IMG/VR virus record: IMGVR_UViG_3300037510_000203
Length of the DNA stretch: 40,688 bases
Source of the DNA: a virus
Direction: 5' to 3' (one strand)
Part shown: one piece after another, positions 32,458 to 39,322 of the stretch
Layout: every line of letters starts with the position of its first letter
Position numbering within the stretch: position 1 is the stretch's first letter
The notes under the pieces: model-generated
Told to the model about the DNA's origin: nothing
Database searches by the model: none
The model's input: the letters and a program-made list of their open reading frames with translations, nothing else
Made by a program: the position numbers and the translations under genes

Positions 32458-32601
32458 GCGTATCGATATTTTTTGAGAAATTGTTGTCAGCAGCGCAGGA
32501 CAGAAGCCTGTGCGTAACCGATCTTTTCCTCTGAACGGAGTTCCTAAAGGTTGTATCTGTTAGCCTTGATCCGTTGAGGCTGCGATTGCAGGAGGTCGGC
32601 T

Positions 32602-32985
32602 ATGAAAGTCGGAGTAAGTGGGACTTCGCTGCCCGGAGTGTTCGATAGCGGGGACTTGACGTCCTTCCAAGCTCTCGATGCGAAAGGTACAGCGTGGAAC
32701 GATGCAGCCCATCTACCAGTAAATGGCAACAGAACGGTTGCTGTCGTCAAATGGATCGATGCTGCCAATCACGCTGTTCGTATCGAACCGCAATCCATTT
32801 TCCAACTAATGCCAGCCGCCGTAGTTGAGATTTTTGCAGATGGGGGAGACATCACTGTCATGCCTCCGAGCTCGGCCAACGTTCTGCCGGGAGTCTTTTT
32901 CGGCGGGTCCGGTTCGATTGCGATCCCAGCAGGATCGGGTAGAAGGTTTATCTGTTTGATCGAGAAGTGGGCAGTCATCAGTTGA
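32602..32985 (+). CDS. Orphan 127-aa beta-rich protein, visibly lower GC
   Basis: Strong RBS GCAGGAGG 6 nt upstream; no recognisable motif. Confidence 0.6.
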   Translation: MKVGVSGTSLPGVFDSGDLTSFQALDAKGTAWNDAAHLPVNGNRTVAVVKWIDAANHAVRIEPQSIFQLMPAAVVEIFADGGDITVMPPSSANVLPGVFFGGSGSIAIPAGSGRRFICLIEKWAVIS

Positions 32986-33081
32986 TGACCGGCGGCTAGC
33001 CATTAGATCTAGCACCATAGCTGCGATCGGCACGAGCGCCAGTCCAAGGACAAAGAGGGGGGGAGGCTTCATGGCGATCAT
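32806..33081 (-). CDS. Doubtful ORF: N-terminal TM segment, remainder antisense to 32602-32985
   Basis: ATGA overlap with the HNH stop favours it; the low-complexity R/S/D-rich tail argues against. Confidence 0.2.
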   Translation of the reverse strand: MIAMKPPPLFVLGLALVPIAAMVLDLMASRRSSTDDCPLLDQTDKPSTRSCWDRNRTGPAEKDSRQNVGRARRHDSDVSPICKNLNYGGWH

Positions 33082-33620
33082 TCGCGCTCAGCGCTGGATA
33101 CCCAAGCCTTATAGGCTTTCTTGCCATGCTTCAGAATGTACCGCGTATGCTCAATGGGCAGGGCGAGAGTCGCTCCACGCGGCAATGAGATGGGTTCTCC
33201 GTGTGCGATCATCGAGGCCATGGTTGCTCCTGGAACGCGGGAGGCTTCCTTTGACGCCTGCATGCGGATGCGGTCGCGTTCTTTGGCCCGCTGCCGACCT
33301 GCTGCGCTATTGATTGCCTCCATCTCGGAAATTGGAGCTTTGCCAAGTCGCGCCCGCTGACGATTCTGCTCATACAGGGCTCCGAGAGCATGGTTACAGC
33401 GACCATGAGCAAGCCGAACGTTGCCGGCGGTATTCACGCCGCCGTCTCGACGCGGTACCAAATGCTCAATAGTGGCCGCTTCCTGGTCCGTCGTGTGCTG
33501 GCGGCTATATGGCTTCATCGGGTGGTGGCATAGGCAGCACCGACCGCCTTGTTGTGCCCACCAATAGTCAACGACCATCAGCTTTTCATCTCGCGTACGC
33601 CATGCGAAATCAGGGCTCAT
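33078..33620 (-). CDS. HNH endonuclease
   Basis: CCLCHH...ATIEHLVPRRDGGVNTAGNVRLAHGRCNHALG. Confidence 0.75.
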   Translation of the reverse strand: MSPDFAWRTRDEKLMVVDYWWAQQGGRCCLCHHPMKPYSRQHTTDQEAATIEHLVPRRDGGVNTAGNVRLAHGRCNHALGALYEQNRQRARLGKAPISEMEAINSAAGRQRAKERDRIRMQASKEASRVPGATMASMIAHGEPISLPRGATLALPIEHTRYILKHGKKAYKAWVSSAERE

Positions 33621-33650
33621 CGTTCCTCTCGCTCATTGGCCAAGAGTGTT

Positions 33651-33737
33651 TGGCGCGAGGGCCAGGAATCGAACCTGGCGTAGCCATCCGGGAATCGAAC
33701 CCGGCAGTGGATATCTCCACCCGCACCAGCGCCTCGC
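33651..33737 (-). other. tRNA-derived block: two tandem T-arm/acceptor-like segments, the 3' one ending CCCTCGCGCCA (att-site or tRNA-remnant candidate)
   Basis: Minus strand reads CCGGGTTCGATTCCCGG (33688-33704) and CCAGGTTCGATTCCTGG (33662-33678), followed by a 7-nt acceptor strand, G, then CCA. The 5' GCGAGG can pair with the 3' CCTCGC. No D or anticodon arm is foldable. Confidence 0.5.
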
Positions 33738-33756
33738 GTTGTTCGCTTGGGATCGA

Positions 33757-33981
33757 TCAGGATAGAGCTTCTTTGGCGATCTTCCCAACGCCTTCGACCA
33801 CATGCCGCATGCAATAGGCGCTGACCGAGTCCAGCGTGATCCCGCCGGCTTCCAGCAATGCGCGGGCCTTCTTAAGATCGGGCTCGGGGAAGATATCCAA
33901 CGGATAGGCTTCGCTCCATTGGGCGATCTTGTGAAGAGCCTCCTCGAGTTCTTCAATACGGTCCTGCTGCGGTATGGTCAT
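33757..33981 (-). CDS. Hypothetical 74-aa protein
   Basis: ORF track. Confidence 0.6.
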   Translation of the reverse strand: MTIPQQDRIEELEEALHKIAQWSEAYPLDIFPEPDLKKARALLEAGGITLDSVSAYCMRHVVEGVGKIAKEALS

Positions 33982-33994
33982 CGTCGCTCCCTGC

Positions 33995-34273
33995 TCAACA
34001 TTGCGGTAGCGTACCGCGCCTCACAATTACTGCAGCGTCAACATCTGCCATCAGATCTACCATGGCGTGAGCGGCCTTTCTCCACGATTCAATGCGGTTC
34101 ATAGTAAGGCTCTCCAAGTAGTATTGGCGTAGGCCGTCAAGCATCAAATCTGCTGCATGAACTGGCCGTTCCAGAGACAACATCGTTTCAGGTACATAAT
34201 GACCTTGAACACGCATCCAGTCGAACCGACGCCGATGGTGCTCGTCTCGAATCTGCTGCAGTTCACCCTTCAT
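33995..34273 (-). CDS. Hypothetical 92-aa protein
   Basis: ORF track. Confidence 0.6.
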   Translation of the reverse strand: MKGELQQIRDEHHRRRFDWMRVQGHYVPETMLSLERPVHAADLMLDGLRQYYLESLTMNRIESWRKAAHAMVDLMADVDAAVIVRRGTLPQC

Positions 34274-34291
34274 GTCATCCTCGCTGTTCGG

Positions 34292-34537
34292 TCAGCAGTG
34301 GCGCGCGTGCCAGCGCTCAGTAGCGCCTCGGCGTGCCTCGTCTAGATCTTCGGCATTGTATCCAACCTGAGCCGAGCATTTCGTGCATGCAACAACAGAT
34401 CGGTAAATTCCGGTCTCATCGTTGATTTTGTTTATTGTGGCCGGAGTCCCGCCACAAAACGGGCAACCCTTCAGGACTCCGAACAATACCGAATTGATGT
34501 CCGTATCGTCAGGCGGCAAGTATCGCATCTCACCCAT
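34292..34537 (-). CDS. Lar-family restriction-alleviation-like protein
   Basis: GCPFCGG...VVACTKCSAQVG...EARRGATERWHAR fits the Lar-family pattern as recalled (CPFCG...C..C...eA..aWN.R). Start MGEMRYL. Confidence 0.6.
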   Translation of the reverse strand: MGEMRYLPPDDTDINSVLFGVLKGCPFCGGTPATINKINDETGIYRSVVACTKCSAQVGYNAEDLDEARRGATERWHARHC

Positions 34538-34697
34538 CGCATCGCTCCCCATTCGTAAGCGGGCGCTTGAAGAAGAATTCGACGTCGTCGACAATCTGAA
34601 CGAGCTCCCAGCCGATTTTCCCGAGTTCATCGAGCTTACCAGCGCGGTCTTCATCGCGCTTTGCAATGCGGAGGATGAGGTATTCCCATCGTTTCAT
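34530..34697 (-). CDS. DUF4177-like micro-protein (55 aa)
   Basis: Hand-translated MKRWEYLILRIAKRDEDRAGKLDELGKIGWELVQIVDDVEFFFKRPLTNGERCDG. Not in the ORF track. 8-nt overlap with the Lar-like start. Confidence 0.5.
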   Translation of the reverse strand: MKRWEYLILRIAKRDEDRAGKLDELGKIGWELVQIVDDVEFFFKRPLTNGERCDG

Positions 34698-34708
34698 CGT
34701 CTCGCTCC

Positions 34709-34897
34709 CTACTGATGAACGCCAGAAAGCGCATTCCGCCCAGCTTCGGTCAGATAGAAGGCTCGAACCGTTTCGTACACTAAGCCCATCTTTTGCAGCA
34801 CCTCGAACGTTGGCATCCTGTTATCGATAAGGCGATATCCGAAAGATTGCCCCGCTTTTTTAAGGCAATCCAGTTGCTCTGCAGTAAGGTTAGCCAT
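34709..34897 (-). CDS. Hypothetical 62-aa protein
   Basis: ORF track. Confidence 0.55.
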   Translation of the reverse strand: MANLTAEQLDCLKKAGQSFGYRLIDNRMPTFEVLQKMGLVYETVRAFYLTEAGRNALSGVHQ

Positions 34898-34936
34898 TGT
34901 TCTTATCCTCTCCCGCGATGAATCATTCAGCGCAGA

Positions 34937-35137
34937 TTATTGAGCAGCGCGCTTGAGTGCACGGATGCGGTCTTGAACGCCACGCAAAAGCGCTTCGGTT
35001 TCACGAGCCGGCAGGTCTCCGACCTTGTCCGGGCCGGTCAATAATGGGTCGCACCAGTTGGCTGGCACGCACCTGGCGCACTCGTCGATTATAGCGTTTC
35101 GAATGACGTCGATCGCTGGCTTGGCCTTCTTGCTCAT
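34937..35137 (-). CDS. Hypothetical 66-aa protein
   Basis: ORF track. Confidence 0.55.
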   Translation of the reverse strand: MSKKAKPAIDVIRNAIIDECARCVPANWCDPLLTGPDKVGDLPARETEALLRGVQDRIRALKRAAQ

Positions 35138-35152
35138 GTTCGCTCCTCTGCA

Positions 35153-36181
35153 TCAATTGCTGACGGGACGATTGCGAAACTGCAGGCGCTTTGCTTGCAC
35201 CTGAGCGATCTTCGCATTCGTGTTTCGGCTATATCTCTGGGTCTGGGCTATATCCGAGTGAGTGGCGGCGTGCTTCACATGCTCGATCTCGGCGCCGGCC
35301 TCGGTGGCCTCGGTGATGCCGCCGGCGCGGGAGTCCTGATTGCGAACGTCCTTCGGGATGCCAGCCTGGTCAGCCACGATCCGCCACTTTCGCCGGAATT
35401 CACTCGTGGTCCACGGCCATCCAGTGGTATCGCTGACGACCATCGCCCCGTCAGCCGGGCGATACGGATTGTGCTGAAGTTCCTCAAGGACCATCGGAGC
35501 TGATTTCAGGTCGACTTCGATCAGCTTCTGACGCTTGCTGGTGACGTGCCGTAGGATCCAGTTGTCGTCGATTTCGGACCAGCGGAGACCGCGGAGCCAC
35601 TTCATGCCGTTGAACCGGATGGAACTTTCGCCGGGCTCAGTCTCCGGCACCCACTCGCCGATCACATCCTTTTGACGAAGCAAAAGCTCGAACTGAATAG
35701 CCTGCGCGAGAGCGATCGAATGCCAGCCGAAATGGTTGCGTGCCGTTTCTCGAATCGCCACCGCATGGTCGGCCGTCAGGAAATTGACGCGAGCCTGGGT
35801 CTGGGCAAACTTCATTTTGCTCATGACCACGCTCAGGCGCTCGCACTCCCGGTCCTCGAGCATGAGCAGGCCGAAGCTGAATAGGGTCCGGAGCTGGGCA
35901 ACGAAAGCGTGCCCCATGGATAGCTTCCCGCCGGCCGACCAGCCATCGTACCATATTTGAATGGTGCTCGCTCGGATGCTGGACAGGGCTTCTTGGCCGT
36001 GCTCCTCCTCCAGCCTGCAAAGCAGACGATTGTAGTTGAGCCGGACCTGATAGCGAAGTTTGTGATAGGCTGATGCTCGGTGGGTCCGGTACTCTGTGAT
36101 CAGCCCGCCGAACGTCAGCGGCACAGTTTCGGAACAGATTGAGCCTGATGTTCCTGCATCGTTCATGATTTTTAGCCCCAT
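35153..36181 (-). CDS. Tyrosine recombinase/integrase B
   Basis: Catalytic-type residues by eye: LLLRQKD (Arg I), NQDSRAGG (Arg II; N in place of His I), HATHSD...QRYSR (His, Tyr). Confidence 0.8.
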   Translation of the reverse strand: MGLKIMNDAGTSGSICSETVPLTFGGLITEYRTHRASAYHKLRYQVRLNYNRLLCRLEEEHGQEALSSIRASTIQIWYDGWSAGGKLSMGHAFVAQLRTLFSFGLLMLEDRECERLSVVMSKMKFAQTQARVNFLTADHAVAIRETARNHFGWHSIALAQAIQFELLLRQKDVIGEWVPETEPGESSIRFNGMKWLRGLRWSEIDDNWILRHVTSKRQKLIEVDLKSAPMVLEELQHNPYRPADGAMVVSDTTGWPWTTSEFRRKWRIVADQAGIPKDVRNQDSRAGGITEATEAGAEIEHVKHAATHSDIAQTQRYSRNTNAKIAQVQAKRLQFRNRPVSN

Positions 36182-36211
36182 AAACCAACGTTAAGTGGTT
36201 GATATTTATAG

Positions 36212-36287
36212 AGGCTAAGTCGTTTACACCGAGAGGGTCGGCGGTTCGAATCCGTCACCGCCTACCACGATTTCAACGACTTAGCCT
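36212..36287. repeat. Perfect 13-bp inverted repeat bracketing the tRNA-like fragment
   Basis: AGGCTAAGTCGTT (36212-36224) and AACGACTTAGCCT (36275-36287), 50-nt spacer. Confidence 0.9.
36219..36267 (+). other. tRNA-Val(TAC)-like 3' fragment: probable attP core
   Basis: TCG TTTACAC CGAGA GGGTC GGCGG TTCGAAT CCGTC ACCGCCT A CCA, i.e. anticodon loop, variable loop, T-arm, acceptor 3' strand and CCA. No 5' half. T-arm/acceptor closely resemble E. coli tRNA-Val(UAC) as recalled. Confidence 0.6.
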
Positions 36288-36325
36288 AACTCACTCGATA
36301 CAACGGATCAGCTTCGGATCAGTTA

Positions 36326-37315
36326 TCATACCTCGGCGGCCCTGGATTGGAAGTCCGGAGAATGCTTTCCGTAGACTTTTGTCAGGATGCTCACAGACAT
36401 TCCGAGCGCGCCGGCGGCCTCCCAGATGTCGATTCCTGCCTGCATCAGCCACGTCGCGCGCGTGTGGCGCAGCGTGTGCGGGCTGACGTCCTCAAGCTTG
36501 GCTTCCTTGCAGGCGGCCGCCCATGATCTCCGGAGCTTCTGGACGGGCTTGCCGTCGTAATGGACCACCCACGGGATCTTGCCGTCCTTGGCCTTCCAGC
36601 GCTTCATTAGGCGCACGACCGATCGGCCGAGCCGCACAGGTGGCTTGCGCTTGTTGGCGGCTTCCGTCTCGCCGGCGCTTTTTCGGTTCATGACGCCGCG
36701 GGCTAGGTCGATCTGATCCCAGCGGAGATTGAGCAGAACTCCGGATCTCGATCCGGTTTTGAGGCCAAGGATCACGAAACGGTAAAGGTGCTGGTACTTC
36801 ATCGCAGCTTGGCGCAGCCGCTTTGCCTCTGCCTGGGTCAGCCACCGTTCGCGCGGCTGCGACTTCTCAGGCAGGACAACGACCGGCGCGCGCGCCAAGG
36901 CGGCCTTATGCTTGTGCCAGTAGAGCAGGGAGGCCCGCAGCACCTCGAGGTCGCGCCTGGCCGCGGCGGCCGGCCGATCTAAAGCGTAGGCGGTGCAGTT
37001 GTCCGAGTTCACGTCGTCTGCTCTCTTCTTGCCCCAGAAGGGCGTCAGGTTCGAAATGTTGTGTGCGGCCTTGCCAGGGGTCCGCGTCTTCGGCAATCGC
37101 TCGGTGGCATAGACGAGAAGAACATCGGCGATCAGCGGCGATGCCACAGCCGCCGGCTTGTATTTTGCGGCTATGTATTCCGCGAGCTTCTTTTCAGCTC
37201 TCTCGTTTTCTGACTCAGCGCAACCAATGCGGACGAACTTTGATCCGTCTCGGATAACGATCTCTTTTCGCGCTCGATCTCGGTAGAGGCGCGGCCCTTT
37301 GGATTTTCTCGGCAT
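36326..37315 (-). CDS. int: Tyrosine integrase A
   Basis: TGSRSG (Arg I), HTLRHT (His-x-x-Arg), KVYGKHSP (Tyr). N-terminal MPRKSKGPRLY...IRDG typical of alphaproteobacterial phage integrases as recalled. Xis-like gene upstream. Confidence 0.9.
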   Translation of the reverse strand: MPRKSKGPRLYRDRARKEIVIRDGSKFVRIGCAESENERAEKKLAEYIAAKYKPAAVASPLIADVLLVYATERLPKTRTPGKAAHNISNLTPFWGKKRADDVNSDNCTAYALDRPAAAARRDLEVLRASLLYWHKHKAALARAPVVVLPEKSQPRERWLTQAEAKRLRQAAMKYQHLYRFVILGLKTGSRSGVLLNLRWDQIDLARGVMNRKSAGETEAANKRKPPVRLGRSVVRLMKRWKAKDGKIPWVVHYDGKPVQKLRRSWAAACKEAKLEDVSPHTLRHTRATWLMQAGIDIWEAAGALGMSVSILTKVYGKHSPDFQSRAAEV

Positions 37316-37491
37316 TTGTCTCTCATGTCGCGCACGCTGCGGAGCGTGGTGAACTGGCGGCGGCCGACCTTGAAGATCTCAAGGCGCCCGCGGGTGGCCT
37401 CGAGCCGCAGAGTAGAGACTTTGACAGCGCCTCGGAAGACGATATCGCACGCCTCTTGGAGCGTCACCGGATCGTCTTCCGCTGGCATCAT
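37171..37491 (-). CDS. xis: Excisionase/AlpA-like HTH protein
   Basis: VTLQEACDIVFRGAVKVSTLRLEATRGRLEIFKVGRRQFTTLRSV. Start MMPAEDD overlaps the upstream stop (ATGA). The 3' 145 nt overlap the int start in another frame. Confidence 0.6.
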   Translation of the reverse strand: MMPAEDDPVTLQEACDIVFRGAVKVSTLRLEATRGRLEIFKVGRRQFTTLRSVRDMRDKCRENPKGRASTEIEREKRSLSETDQSSSALVALSQKTRELKRSSRNT

Positions 37492-37700
37492 GGGTCTGCT
37501 CGCTGGGCTTGAGGCAGCGCGCGGTACTGCCACCATCGATCCGCGCCGCCGAATAGAAAATCTTTCCTCTGGATTCGCCGCCGCCAAACGAACCGGAGCC
37601 ACCTGGTGCCCAAGTCAAACGTATCTACGGGGAGCCACACGAACTTGCGGTGCCATGGGCCGACCGGATATCCAAACTGAGGCATTGCATCGTCAGTCAT
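37488..37700 (-). CDS. Hypothetical 70-aa Trp-rich protein
   Basis: ATGA overlaps at both ends. Confidence 0.55.
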   Translation of the reverse strand: MTDDAMPQFGYPVGPWHRKFVWLPVDTFDLGTRWLRFVWRRRIQRKDFLFGGADRWWQYRALPQAQRADP

Positions 37701-37891
37701 TTCGCTGTTCCCACACGAGCGCGAGCATCGGCCGCACGACGCGACGCGATATCAGCGACGGCATCCCATATGATCGCACGGAATTCAGCTGGCCACGCCG
37801 CGATAGTCCTATCAATGCTCCGGAGTCCGTCTTCTGCCAACGAAACAACCTGATCGGCGATTGATGCAGCCTTTTTTGCATGATCAGTCAT
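37697..37891 (-). CDS. Hypothetical 64-aa protein
   Basis: Start MTDHAKK, 8-nt overlap with the upstream gene. Confidence 0.55.
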   Translation of the reverse strand: MTDHAKKAASIADQVVSLAEDGLRSIDRTIAAWPAEFRAIIWDAVADIASRRAADARARVGTAK

Positions 37892-38567
37892 TGGCGTTGT
37901 CCTGGGGAGAGTGTGCCTCGTCTGCTCGCAGTGGGCGCGTGAGCGCTGCCTCAAGATGCAGTCTCGCATTATGTCCTGGCGATCTTGCTTGCGATCCATA
38001 CGTGCGCTCGGCGAGAAGATCGCACGCGTAATCGATGGCGGCCCTCAACCGCGCCACTTCATCCGTTGTCGTGACGCTACCCGCCTGACATTGAACAGGC
38101 GCCGCGGCCTTCGTCGCCCATCCGTGGTGCCACATGAAAGCGCAATAGGCGGCGACATCTCGCGGGTCGCCTTTGGCAAGATGCCGAAGCAATCCAGCAT
38201 GGCAATGCTCCTCCCAGTCATCGAGCTGCCAGCCAGATCTACCATTCGCGCGCGCCAGCTTCAGTTTGGCGAGCAACGCCTTGGAGAAGCGTGCTACCAA
38301 ATCTTCCAGATCGTCATGCGGCGCTATCTGCGGTTCAGTGAACACCGGGTCGTCGGGGCTCCAACCGCATTGTTCGCCACACGGCTTGCTGTTCCATGTC
38401 ATGCACATGCCGCAACGACGTAGCTTCTGCACGCTCTCGGCAGAGCAGCGAGCCGCAGCAACAGCGTCTCGAGCTGCCTTGGCCCACAAGGGCTTATCAG
38501 CTTCAATGAAACGGGCCGCGTCAAGCAGCATCTGATGAGGATCTAGCGTCTTCTGCTTCTCGCTCAT
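37884..38567 (-). CDS. Hypothetical 227-aa protein with a Cys cluster
   Basis: Start MSEKQK (ATGA overlap); CGMCMTWNSKPCGEQCGW. Confidence 0.6.
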   Translation of the reverse strand: MSEKQKTLDPHQMLLDAARFIEADKPLWAKAARDAVAAARCSAESVQKLRRCGMCMTWNSKPCGEQCGWSPDDPVFTEPQIAPHDDLEDLVARFSKALLAKLKLARANGRSGWQLDDWEEHCHAGLLRHLAKGDPRDVAAYCAFMWHHGWATKAAAPVQCQAGSVTTTDEVARLRAAIDYACDLLAERTYGSQARSPGHNARLHLEAALTRPLRADEAHSPQDNAND

Positions 38568-38884
38568 GATCCTGATCCCGTTGATGGGTCCTTGGGGAGG
38601 GCGGCGGCAAGCATGGCTCGCCACCTCACTTCGGCCTTTTCCTTTTCCGGAATGCGATACCCCTTAGATGGGCGCGGCTTTCCCCATCGCCCTTCTCTTT
38701 CATCGGCCGATACGCTCGTGATGTGGTTCCGAAGTGCACTGCTGTAGGCATCGAACATGGCCGGGCTGAACTGCTCCAGCGCCTTCCTCGACTCCGCCAA
38801 CTGCGCTTCCAGCGCTTCGATGCGGGACGTCAGATATTTCCAATCGTGTTTCTGGAGTCGCTCTTTCAGGTCGTCACTCATCAT
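38564..38884 (-). CDS. Hypothetical coiled-coil protein (106 aa)
   Basis: Start MMSDDLKER. Confidence 0.55.
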   Translation of the reverse strand: MMSDDLKERLQKHDWKYLTSRIEALEAQLAESRKALEQFSPAMFDAYSSALRNHITSVSADEREGRWGKPRPSKGYRIPEKEKAEVRWRAMLAAALPKDPSTGSGS

Positions 38885-38891
38885 GATCCCC

Positions 38892-39077
38892 TCACACTGC
38901 AAACATCATGATCGCGAGCGCGGCTCCAATCGCTCCGATCGGGACAAAGAAAATCAGAGCCGCGAGCTCGGGCGATGCAAAGGCCGTCACAGCTACAATC
39001 GCCAGCCAGATCAAGATTGTGACCTTGGCCGCCCACTCGTACCCGAAGAGCTTGATCATTCGTTCGTCGAAGTTCAT
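38892..39077 (-). CDS. Two-TM small membrane protein (61 aa)
   Basis: Start MNFDERM; VTILIWLAIVAVTAF and LAALIFFVPIGAIGAALAIMMF. Confidence 0.55.
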   Translation of the reverse strand: MNFDERMIKLFGYEWAAKVTILIWLAIVAVTAFASPELAALIFFVPIGAIGAALAIMMFAV

Positions 39078-39322
39078 GGCTGATCCTCGTTGCGATGGGT
39101 CGATGACAGTGAACATGGATCAAGCCGCAGGGCCTTCATGACAATCGGTTCAATCATCCCGCCGCCTTGTTTCCAATTGCGCCATTCCGTGCGACGTGCT
39201 GCGAGCGCCGACGTCAGGAGCATCAAGGCAGCGTACATTTCTCGCTCGCGGGGCGTTGCGCAGTCAGGGTAATCTTCGTCTGGCGCTGATGAGCAAGAGC
39301 GATGCCGCGTATCCTCATCCAT
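39074..39322 (-). CDS. Hypothetical protein (start uncertain: 39322 or 39238)
   Basis: ATGA overlap with the downstream gene; its 5' end overlaps the 3' end of 39223-39813. Confidence 0.45.
   Translation of the reverse strand: MDEDTRHRSCSSAPDEDYPDCATPREREMYAALMLLTSALAARRTEWRNWKQGGGMIEPIVMKALRLDPCSLSSTHRNEDQP

Noticed and set aside
33651-33737. Reading the 87-nt block as a functional class II tRNA gene
   Set aside because: An acceptor stem (6 of 7 pairs) and a T-arm can be drawn. There is no U8, no foldable D arm and no 7-nt anticodon loop, since the only central stem, GTGGA-GATA-TCCAC, has a 4-nt loop. It is kept only as a tRNA-derived fragment.
38862-38875. Shared MSDDLKER N-termini and a 14-nt identity (38862-38875 versus 39794-39807) as a recombination or mosaic junction
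   Set aside because: The identity is only 14 nt and is confined to the first codons. This is too short to separate from chance plus similar start context.
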